DNA of 64,000 bases from a virus: positions 46,005 to 110,004 of the IMG/VR virus record IMGVR_UViG_3300045988_160931; one strand, 5' to 3'. The translations under genes were made by a program, and so were the position numbers. Below are positions 9,746 to 18,600 of this stretch, one piece after another (the stretch's first letter is position 1; each line of letters starts with the position of its first letter). The notes beneath the pieces are model-generated. The model was given only the letters and a program-made list of their open reading frames with translations. It was not told the DNA's origin and did no database searches.

Positions 9746-10097
9746 GTGGGAAACAGCCGTTTGACGAACTTTTTGACGAACTTTTCAGAGAAAATTCAAC
9801 TTGCGTCATACATATTATTGGAAATTTATTCCTCCTGTTTTTCATATTAACGGGAAAAATAGCTGAGAAATAGCATGATACACTAAATAAAAACTATAAA
9901 AAATCTAATTAAGTGAAATTTTACAATTGATATTTTTGCTCAAAATCACGTCTGCTTTGCCGTTCATAAAAAATTTACTTTTGAAATAGCGTAAATATGT
10001 ACATACTATTGAAACGTATATTTACAATCTATATTTTATCATAATTAAGCAAGAATACTCCGGCTTCTATAAGCCGTGTAGGATGTCACCATACAAC

Positions 10098-10126
10098 TTG
10101 ACTACTTTCGTAATATATGCTATAAT
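10098..10126 (+). promoter_or_regulatory. near-consensus sigma70-type promoter with extended -10
   Basis: TTGACT (10098-10103), 17-nt spacer ending in TGC, TATAAT (10121-10126). AAGGAGG SD and ATG at 10171 lie downstream. Confidence 0.65.
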
Positions 10127-10170
10127 AAGGTTAAGATTACAGATTTTATTATAATATAAGGAGGTAGACA

Positions 10171-11328
10171 ATGAGTAACATAAAAGGTAATACAAATAAA
10201 CATCATAAAAAGCGAAACTTAAATACGCCAAATGCACTTATTCCAAACGTATTAAAAAGGTTACCGGGTATATTTGATAAATTGAAGATCGTACAAACCT
10301 CTACTAACAGGGATATATTACCATTTGGCATTATTACCAACTTAATAGAAGAACAATATGGTTTACCCACAATGCAGGCGATATCAGAAACAAAAATTGT
10401 TCAAGCTTTATTTTACTGGGGTAAAAACAAGCAAATTTACGATTTCAATGTAGACATAGCAGAAGAATTGATCGTCAGTTTTGAGAGCGCAGAATCTTTA
10501 CCGATAGAAGTCTTTGATAATATGCCATATGACTGTGTTTATATGTCCGTAAATGACGATAAATTCCAAGTCTTTGCCACTAAAGATATTAGAGTTGATA
10601 CCAAAAAACAGAAAACGAAGCAAATATCATTCTATTTTCCACAAAGCGATAAAATCCTGTATCTCCCATTTTCTAAGAATACGATTGCAGATTGTATAGT
10701 AGACGATTATAATACAACCATGAATTTCTTTGATGATTACAATTATATAGAAAGTATCAAAAAAGAATATCCAGGTAAGACCATTGATGAAATACAAGAA
10801 CAAGTAAAGAACTCATATAAAAAAGATTACGTCAATACGAAAAGACTACTAGAAGAGTGTGTTGCTCTATTGTTGTATTTATGCTCTCAAAATGCGGAGA
10901 TTGTAGATACAAATGGGATTTCTAAAAATTATCATCGAAATGATATTACTAATAATAATGATGACGTTAAGATCGTTAGGGAAGCGAATAAAGAAAAGGG
11001 TATAGATAATTACACTCCAAAAAATCCTTCAAAACCTAAAAAAGTAGAAAAGCTAAAAGTGGGCTATAGAATCGGCAAAACCATCCATTATAATAAAACA
11101 AATCATACAGATAGCACACTCTCTAAAAATCAAAAACAGATTTCGAATAATAGCAAACCATATACAAAGAAATCTGCTCATATTCGCCGAGGTCATTATC
11201 ATCATTATTGGGCTGGAAGTAAGAAAAACGGTACACAGAAGTTAATACTAAAATGGACACCGCCCACATTTGTCAATGCTACAAATGAAAATGAAATCAT
11301 CCCAACAAAACATAAAATAAAAATGTAA
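10171..11328 (+). CDS. hypothetical protein with a basic, His-rich C-terminal motif; orphan gene next to attP
   Basis: 385-aa ORF with a strong SD (TAAGGAGGTAGACA-ATG). C-terminal SAHIRRGHYHHYWAGSKKNGTQKLILKWTPPTFVN. I recognise no family. Confidence 0.7.
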   Translation: MSNIKGNTNKHHKKRNLNTPNALIPNVLKRLPGIFDKLKIVQTSTNRDILPFGIITNLIEEQYGLPTMQAISETKIVQALFYWGKNKQIYDFNVDIAEELIVSFESAESLPIEVFDNMPYDCVYMSVNDDKFQVFATKDIRVDTKKQKTKQISFYFPQSDKILYLPFSKNTIADCIVDDYNTTMNFFDDYNYIESIKKEYPGKTIDEIQEQVKNSYKKDYVNTKRLLEECVALLLYLCSQNAEIVDTNGISKNYHRNDITNNNDDVKIVREANKEKGIDNYTPKNPSKPKKVEKLKVGYRIGKTIHYNKTNHTDSTLSKNQKQISNNSKPYTKKSAHIRRGHYHHYWAGSKKNGTQKLILKWTPPTFVNATNENEIIPTKHKIKM

Positions 11329-11335
11329 ATCGTAA

Positions 11336-11380
11336 AAAATAGGGACGTTGCAATAAAGCAATATCCCTATTTTGTTTTTT
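11336..11380. terminator. bidirectional terminator between convergent genes
   Basis: AAAATAGGGA (11336-11345) pairs with TCCCTATTTT (11364-11373). A-run before, GTTTTTT after. Confidence 0.65.
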
Positions 11381-11419
11381 AATTCTTAGCTCACTTAACC
11401 AGTGATAATTAAAGTGGGA

Positions 11420-12478
11420 TTAAGAAAAGTTATCGTAGCTTACAAAACCAGTTACGTAATTACCAGCAGGGGATTTTCCACAATACTCTGCCTTAGTTGT
11501 TATTCTGTATCTTCCTAGTCCACATTGTTTTCCATCGTAAATATAGTATGTCCCAGAAATGCGCTTAGTCATTTTAGTTGTACTATCATTTGCAAATAAA
11601 GGAGTATTAGCACGAATAGTAACCTTTTGCCCTTTTGTCCATTTGTTACTTTTCGACATTCCTACTGGGTAAACTTTCTTTCCAGTAGAATCAAATACAG
11701 AATATCCAGATTTACAAACTTTTTTAGCGTTTTCTAAAGATGAATAAGCACCCAACTGTGACATAGAATCGTTCCATGTTTTTCGAACACGATAGATAGT
11801 ATTATTCTTTAAGGATGTATTATTTGAAGAATTAGTTTTCACAGGTGTGGTAGTATTTGCCGCAGTTTTACTAGAATTCATATAAGACTGAACTTTTACC
11901 TTAAAAGTAGCCCAGTGAGGTAAAATATATGCCGGACACATTTTATAGTTGTTGTGCATCGTATTTAACTGGTCTACAGTGCCTTTCTTACCATCACGAA
12001 CATTCAGCCAGTGAGTATGAGTGTATAAGTGATTGATGTCAAGACCATACTTCTTCAGAAGTGCCGCTGCCAATCTTGCACAATTATCCTCAGACTTTTT
12101 ATCGGCAGAATTGTATGCAGAGGACATAATGCACTCAATGGCAATAGTTCCTCTATTACCATTACCATTGCCATCGGCAGCATGCCAACCGCTTAGAGTT
12201 AAAGGCAAATTCTGCCATGCACAAGTATTGTCTACATAGTAATGGACACGCACGTCCTTCATATTGCCATTAACAGTGGCACGAGTATACTGTTCCGCAG
12301 GCGTTGTGCCACTCGCAACAGAAATCCAACCAGTATTATGAATTGTAATACCAAGTACTTTACTTGGTAAATTATAAGACGGCATACTGATTCGATTAGG
12401 ATTATGCTTTGTAAAAAGATATTCTTTTACAGTTATCCCGCCAAAATTAAAAATAGAATCTGGATTCAAAAAAGCCAT
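11420..12478 (-). CDS. endolysin: N-acetylmuramoyl-L-alanine amidase (Amidase_2/PGRP type) with C-terminal wall-binding region
   Basis: ITIHNTG, HYYVD, GWHAADGNGNGNRGTIAIE and HTHW...CP motifs. The C-terminal YRVRKTWNDSMSQLGAYSSLENAKK module is typical of cell-wall-binding repeats. Confidence 0.85.
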   Translation of the reverse strand: MAFLNPDSIFNFGGITVKEYLFTKHNPNRISMPSYNLPSKVLGITIHNTGWISVASGTTPAEQYTRATVNGNMKDVRVHYYVDNTCAWQNLPLTLSGWHAADGNGNGNRGTIAIECIMSSAYNSADKKSEDNCARLAAALLKKYGLDINHLYTHTHWLNVRDGKKGTVDQLNTMHNNYKMCPAYILPHWATFKVKVQSYMNSSKTAANTTTPVKTNSSNNTSLKNNTIYRVRKTWNDSMSQLGAYSSLENAKKVCKSGYSVFDSTGKKVYPVGMSKSNKWTKGQKVTIRANTPLFANDSTTKMTKRISGTYYIYDGKQCGLGRYRITTKAEYCGKSPAGNYVTGFVSYDNFS

Positions 12479-12480
12479 GA

Positions 12481-12771
12481 TTATTCCTCCTTACTTCCAA
12501 CATCATTTGCTGTAAATATAAGCTGTTTCCCGATTTGATTTACACCTGTGGCAGCAAGCCCACTTACAATACCTACTGCAATTGAATTGATAATATCTGT
12601 AGCTGGGAAGTCTGGAATAGTAAAAGAACCTACTACGCCTAAAATTGCACCAACTACTCCACTAATAACAGGTAACCACTTGTTATCTAACTTTGTAGCT
12701 TTTACACCAACACAAATCAGGTAACAAATAACTACAATACCTACTACACTTGTAATTCCCATAAAATCCAT
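12481..12771 (-). CDS. holin
   Basis: 96 aa with three hydrophobic segments (VVGIVVICYLICVGV, PVISGVVGAILGVVG, IAVGIVSGLAATGV). Lies immediately upstream of the endolysin. Confidence 0.7.
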   Translation of the reverse strand: MDFMGITSVVGIVVICYLICVGVKATKLDNKWLPVISGVVGAILGVVGSFTIPDFPATDIINSIAVGIVSGLAATGVNQIGKQLIFTANDVGSKEE

Positions 12772-12807
12772 AAAATTTTACCTACTTTCTTTTTTTGTTT
12801 ATTTTAA

Positions 12808-14217
12808 TTATAAATTTGGTTTGCATGATAAAGTTTCATATGTTAATGTTATCCTATAAGAACTTGAGGGATGACTTGCTGAATATTCTCCAGCTATTGC
12901 TTTGTCAAATAAAGAAAACTGCCAAAAATTATTAAAAGATGAAGATAAAGGATATACCCCATCTGAATAATTGCCTGAAGATATGAAAATACTTTTATAT
13001 ATATTAGATGAACTATCTAATTTTTTATATGGATAAAATGCCCCATTATTATTGTATTTATATTCACCTATATCACATTTACGCAGGCTATCACAAGATT
13101 TTTCTGTTAAACACTGTTCTGCTTCTATATAGCCATCGCCTGTAAAATTATAGCCATTTAGCGAATTATCCTCAACATCTCCATATGTTAATTTATATTT
13201 ATATTTATATTCTAAATATGCTTTAGACTCCCCATCAGTGATTCTAGTAACAATACAATAAAATCCATTTATATATTCAAATAATGAACCCTTTTCCATT
13301 CCAAAAAACTTTTTAGGAGTATTCTTTGGGACATTTATACTATTAGTCATATCAGCAAAAAACAACCCTCTATCATTTAGTACTCCATGATTCAAAATAG
13401 CTTTTGCAGAAGAAGCTGTATATCTCCCATAACCAAAGCAATTCATTGTATCAAGACTTTTTGAAATTAATGTAGATAATAAAGCTATAATTACATAATC
13501 ACAATATAAGTTTATATTCCATAATTTATTATTCTCAGTATTGTTTAATTCTGCCATTTTAATTATTTCTTCTATATTATAGGAAGTATCTTTAAGAAAA
13601 TGTTTCCCAGAAATAGATCTTAATTTCCCATTCTCATCCCTAAATCCTGTATAAATTCCCATATAAAAGTGAGGGACTATTTCATTTTTAGCATTTATAT
13701 TAGCCCAGCATTTGTAATCATCGTCAGCTTTATAATTACTAATATAAATATCTGCCGTTCCACTATCATCACTAGACATTTTATAATAAATAAGTGGAAA
13801 TTCCACCATCGCATTACCGAGATAATCGATGTTTGAAACATCCGAAACAGTCCCATCTAATTTTTTGGAATAATCATTAGAGTCTAAATAGTAATCTACT
13901 GTCCCATCATATTTTAACATGCAAGGTTTTGGCATAAAAAACGCATTCTTCCATGAACCATAATCAAACTCTGAATCTCCCATTTTAGCAGGTGTCATAC
14001 CAATAGCATCTGCTAGATATGTAACCGCTTTATCCGAGTCATATTCCGATGAATCTATATGGTACCCATAAATAACCTTTTTAGAATTACTATCATCAGA
14101 TGTTGAATCTGTACTATAAATGGGAGTATTGCCTATTGAAACCTTTTTAATTTGATTTTGATTGTAGTGTATACTAGATGATAAATTAGAACCTATATGT
14201 AAATTATTTATGCTTAT
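12808..14217 (-). CDS. tail fibre / receptor-binding-type protein; start extended to a putative ATA
   Basis: The track ORF starts at Met 13998, but the frame is open to 14229. The upstream peptide (...KKVIYGYHIDSSEYDSDKAVTYLADAIG-M...) reads as protein. SD-like AAGGAAGTGA, 4 nt (TAGT), then ATA at 14217-14215. Confidence 0.55.
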   Translation of the reverse strand: MSINNLHIGSNLSSSIHYNQNQIKKVSIGNTPIYSTDSTSDDSNSKKVIYGYHIDSSEYDSDKAVTYLADAIGMTPAKMGDSEFDYGSWKNAFFMPKPCMLKYDGTVDYYLDSNDYSKKLDGTVSDVSNIDYLGNAMVEFPLIYYKMSSDDSGTADIYISNYKADDDYKCWANINAKNEIVPHFYMGIYTGFRDENGKLRSISGKHFLKDTSYNIEEIIKMAELNNTENNKLWNINLYCDYVIIALLSTLISKSLDTMNCFGYGRYTASSAKAILNHGVLNDRGLFFADMTNSINVPKNTPKKFFGMEKGSLFEYINGFYCIVTRITDGESKAYLEYKYKYKLTYGDVEDNSLNGYNFTGDGYIEAEQCLTEKSCDSLRKCDIGEYKYNNNGAFYPYKKLDSSSNIYKSIFISSGNYSDGVYPLSSSFNNFWQFSLFDKAIAGEYSASHPSSSYRITLTYETLSCKPNL

Positions 14218-14229
14218 ACTATCACTTCC

Positions 14230-15327
14230 TTACTCAGTACAGAAATAAACCGTGTTATTATCTTTTTGTTCTAATGAATCATATTCAGACGTAGTTGTTT
14301 TCTTTAATTTCAACCCGTCTAATGCTGTTTCTAAAGCTTTTACACGATTCAAAAGGTCTAGGACATCTACTCCAGTATCAGAATTATTGACGTAGATTTT
14401 TCCTTGCCAATCAACTGCAATTGCATTGGAACGAGTGGTTGTTTTAGAATCACTGTCATACGTACCATTCCCGATAATAAATAGATACTTACCATCTTCG
14501 TCTTTCTCGTTATACTGCCCAATAACAAACTGATTTGATACACCGCTGGCAATTGTCCCTTCGCCAGCAGCATGAGAACCGGGGGAGATAGCTTGTGTAT
14601 TTATGCCTTCAGCAAATGCAGCATATCCATTTGTTGTAGTCTTATATCCAAAAGTTGCAGAATTATCTGATTGTGCCTGTGTTGACTCACCATGTGCGCT
14701 TGAATTTATCCCAGATGCGACATTCTTTTCACCAAAAGCCACAGCGTTAGTTGCGCTTGCAATACTTTCAGAACCGGATGTCAAAGAATTACTTCCAGAT
14801 GATTTTGTAAGTGTTCCTGACGCAAAAGACATACTTCCAGTTGCACTTGCAGTATAATTACAAGAAGTCCCAGAATTTTGATCTCCTTTTTTTACATAAA
14901 TAGAATCACCATTCTGAACTAATTGTTCTAATTCGGTAACACGATCACGTAATGAAATAACTTCATCGTCATTCGCATAATGATAATCGTCTGGTTTTTT
15001 TCTTTTGTTTACCGGGAGTTCTATGTGTAAGATAGTTTTCATAGATGTTTCGTCTGTCGAATCTGTTAAGTAAATATAGCAATGTAACGGCAGAGATTCT
15101 TGCAACAATTTATTGGGGACTTTTGCAGTTATTGTTTTAGAATCTGTATCTACAGTAGAATCTACAACATAAGCATATTCGCTATTATCATTACAAAAAT
15201 GTACTTCCGGCGCTTTCGTTAAATCATAATCCTCTAATTTTACAGAAATACTTTGGTTAATATCCCATTGTGTAAAATAATTTATTGTATTCCCATTTTT
15301 ATCTAGTGCATTTGTTTCAATTATAAT
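14230..15327 (-). CDS. tail fibre with BppU-N-like N-terminus, YadA-head-like Ser/Gly/Ala repeats and a coiled-coil tip; putative ATT/ATA start
   Basis: The track ORF starts at TTG 15108, but the frame is open to 15330. The upstream peptide is IETNALDKNGNTINYFTQWDINQSISVKLEDYDLTKAPEVHFCNDN.... AAAGGAG SD at 15340-15334, then ATT 15327 or ATA 15324. Repeats such as SFASGTLTKSSGSNSLTSGSESIASATNAVAFGEKNVASG. Confidence 0.6.
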   Translation of the reverse strand: MIIETNALDKNGNTINYFTQWDINQSISVKLEDYDLTKAPEVHFCNDNSEYAYVVDSTVDTDSKTITAKVPNKLLQESLPLHCYIYLTDSTDETSMKTILHIELPVNKRKKPDDYHYANDDEVISLRDRVTELEQLVQNGDSIYVKKGDQNSGTSCNYTASATGSMSFASGTLTKSSGSNSLTSGSESIASATNAVAFGEKNVASGINSSAHGESTQAQSDNSATFGYKTTTNGYAAFAEGINTQAISPGSHAAGEGTIASGVSNQFVIGQYNEKDEDGKYLFIIGNGTYDSDSKTTTRSNAIAVDWQGKIYVNNSDTGVDVLDLLNRVKALETALDGLKLKKTTTSEYDSLEQKDNNTVYFCTE

Positions 15328-15366
15328 TACTCACTCCTTTTTATAAAAAAGAAGAACGATAAGGAT

Positions 15367-15600
15367 TTACTCCTTATCGCCCAATTGTTTTTCTATTTCT
15401 TCAATTTTACATTCCGCTTTCAGAATTCTATCCTGTACATTATTGTGTTTGTCTACACGTAATGACAATTTAGATAAATCTTCTTTCAAAGAATCTAATT
15501 TTACTTGTAGAACAGCAGTTGCTTTATTTTGCATTAAAGCAGAACCAGCAATAGCACTTATTGCTGCAATTGCAGCTGTGATAATCTCAGTAAAATCCAT
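15367..15600 (-). CDS. small protein with a hydrophobic N-terminus and a coiled coil
   Basis: 77 aa: IITAAIAAISAIAGSALM followed by a heptad-like KLDSLKEDLSKLSLRV segment. Confidence 0.45.
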   Translation of the reverse strand: MDFTEIITAAIAAISAIAGSALMQNKATAVLQVKLDSLKEDLSKLSLRVDKHNNVQDRILKAECKIEEIEKQLGDKE

Positions 15601-15637
15601 ATTTTATTTGTCACCACCTTTCTTACATAACATAATC

Positions 15638-18600
15638 TCACCCCCTAATCAGTACCTTGATGTGTGTATCATCTATCCGGGATAGTACCCGATAGCCAAC
15701 CCGTCCATCAGACCGTGTGGCGATACCGCCGGTTGTCGGGATGCAGTAATCATTGGGTCTGCAAGTGCCGTCATCAATGACGATGAGTTTGCCCATCATG
15801 CCTACAGCAGACCATTCCTGCCGCTCCGAGCGTGGCACATACTGCTTGTCCGGGTCGTAGTCCGGATTGAGTACCCAGACCTTACGAGTTGTTCCGTCCT
15901 CATCCGTGTAGTCCTCCGTCAGTAGCTCACCGTAGATATCGGTTAGGTATTGTCCCTGCCACTGATCTTCGTAACTATCACCAACTACGGACGGATTGCC
16001 GGATACAATGCCTAGAATATCATCATCTATGGATTTAGCAAGCAGTATCTTTTCACCGTCCAATTTCACGAAACGTCCACGTCTGTCCTCACCATCCGGA
16101 TTCCCGTCCATCCACTCGAAATACTCTGCATAGTCAGCGCCGGAACTGTGATAAGAACCGGAAGAGTACACACCAGCGGCAGCAGCACGGAAAGCGTTTG
16201 CCCTGGCAGATTCTGTGCCGTTACCCAGACTCAGATATGGTCCTGAAAAACTATATCCGTTATAAGCACCGAAAGCAGCACATGATGCAGTTGCAACAGT
16301 TATGTGATTTCCATAGCCGATTGACTGATTAGACGATTTCTGAACTTCTGTATACCAGCCACCACTTAGAGACGCATTCGCCTTGCACGTATTATAGTTA
16401 CCAAGCGATAATCCACCTTGTGCATCTGCTGTGACTTGGTTTCCGCTGCCGAGAGCGATATTAGCTATACCAGCAACAATGTTATCCTGACCCATTGCAG
16501 CACACTGATTTCCTTGTACCGTGTTTCTCCATCCAGACACAAATATACAGTTTCCATTAAACGCCTTGTTCTGCGAGCCAATCACAAATTGCCAGTCACC
16601 GCCACCAGCTTGGTTGTTATCAATATCATGGAAAATATAATCCTTAGAGCTGCCAGTCACAGTTTCGTTGTTGAACGTGTAACTCTTCCCGGCAGTTGTC
16701 CTACCTAACACGCCGATTTCATCCAGAGACCATGAGACGTTAGCTGCGCCGTTAAATGATTTGCCTGTATTGCCGATGGTGAGGGTACGGGCTGTATTCA
16801 ATTTTGTGGCACTGGCTACGTTACTGGTCAGAAACGCCTGGTCATAGTAGGCTGTGTCAGCACCTGTGCCTTCTGGCTCATCAGACTGTATCAGCGGCTG
16901 AGGTGTCCAGGACTTGTATTTGCCATATACGGCATAATTTCCGTTCCAGTACGTCCACGGCAGATATACCCAGACTGTATAAGTGTCGTGTGCTGTAGGT
17001 ATCACTTTGACCTTGACACTACTACAGTTGATACGATATACTGTAACGGCACACGCTTTTGTCGCCGACTCTGTGGATTGCCATCCATCCTTGATCTGAA
17101 CTTCAAAAGATGAGTTTTGGTTCGCACGACCATTTGCTCCATCGCCGCTCCATACACGTATCATGGCATTGCTGAAATTACCGGAGGATACCAGCGTGCC
17201 TAGCTTAACCCATTTTGCAGTGTTGTTGGCACCGTTTACCAAAAGAGCACTGTTTGTTATCATCGCATGTGTATGACCAGATGCCGACTTGCTGTCCAGT
17301 TCGGCTTTTACAGCTTTGTTCTGCACCGGATTTGTGGAGGTAGCAGACAAGGCACTGTCTACCGCAACCTTGGTTGCACCAGCAGCGATACCGTCCAGTT
17401 TTTTCTTATCCGCCGCAGTCATCAGACCATGTGCAGACTGTGTGGCATCGCCATAGGTGGTATCAGTGAATTTCGCATTCGCAGGTACATCTGAATTGAC
17501 GGAATGGGATATAGGCGTAGCAACACCATTCGCCGCAACGTAAACAGGCTTTGTAGCAGAGCCCACCGCAGTATTTGCACTATGTGTTACAGCCGTGGAC
17601 TTGTCTTGCTTACCGGAAATGTCTTGATGTGCTGTGATAACCGTACCCAGATCAACTACGCCGCTAGTACCCTTGCTTGCACCATTCATTTTGATGCCTG
17701 TGATAGTACCAATGTTGGATGTTTTAGCATTCCATAACGCTTTTTCTCCGGTGGTTACCAACGATACATCCGTACCGCCACTGACTGCTGCTTTGCTGGT
17801 GTACGTTGTGTCTTTTGCGCTGATTGTATTACCGCTGATCGAGATGTTTGTGCCTGCGGTCAGCTTGTCTTGCTTGCCGCTGATATCCGGAATGTCCGAA
17901 GTTAATGCTATTGTCCCACTTTTTCCCGCCGGCAAAACATAGTAATAATGCTGAGTGCCATAGGAGTTATTGGGGTCTGGTGTTATGGTATATTGGCAGC
18001 CTATATAATCTACCAAGTCCAACCGACCGGTTGATTTATCTTGCCACCCACCGAGTTTCAAACTAAAATTTCTTTTGCCATCATCGTCTCTACGGTCAAA
18101 CCCAATCTCTGCGATGTTGCGGAGTCCACCACCGTAAAATAAGGTCATAAAAGCTAGAGGAATATCACCGATATAGTCCTGGAAAGTTAATTCGCTTTGG
18201 ATTACGCCCCCAGCATTGTATATGTCTTCTTTTGTCATCGCCTCAGCCTCAGTCACATGACCCTCGTCATCAACTGCAACCTTATACATACCCTTGTTGT
18301 AGGCAGTATGTGCCGGATGCACATAGTTCTCCAACCCCGACAGCTTATCCCGTTCCGCCGTGGTGTACGGCTGCTCAACCTTGTCCAAGATGGACTTATT
18401 TTCATGGCTATGAGCTGTTTTTTGCACCGATAAAATATCAGTTTTAATCCCTTCAATTACTTCATTTTCAGATACATCAATATACGTTCCGTCACCGGTA
18501 ATGTGCAATTTCCCATCTTGATCTACGTAAAATACATCTTCTTCGCCATTTTTTATTTTTAGTAAATTTACATCTTCTGGATTTACAATAAATGTATTTG

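Noticed and set aside
9616-9873. 85-aa + strand ORF after int
   Set aside because: It runs through the tRNA-like fragment and the terminator hairpin. It has no SD.
16418-18456. Several + strand and nested ORFs of 60-100 aa inside the tail-fibre gene
   Set aside because: They are antisense to a 1883-aa ORF with clear fibre motifs. They occur only where GC is high, which is an expected random-ORF artefact.
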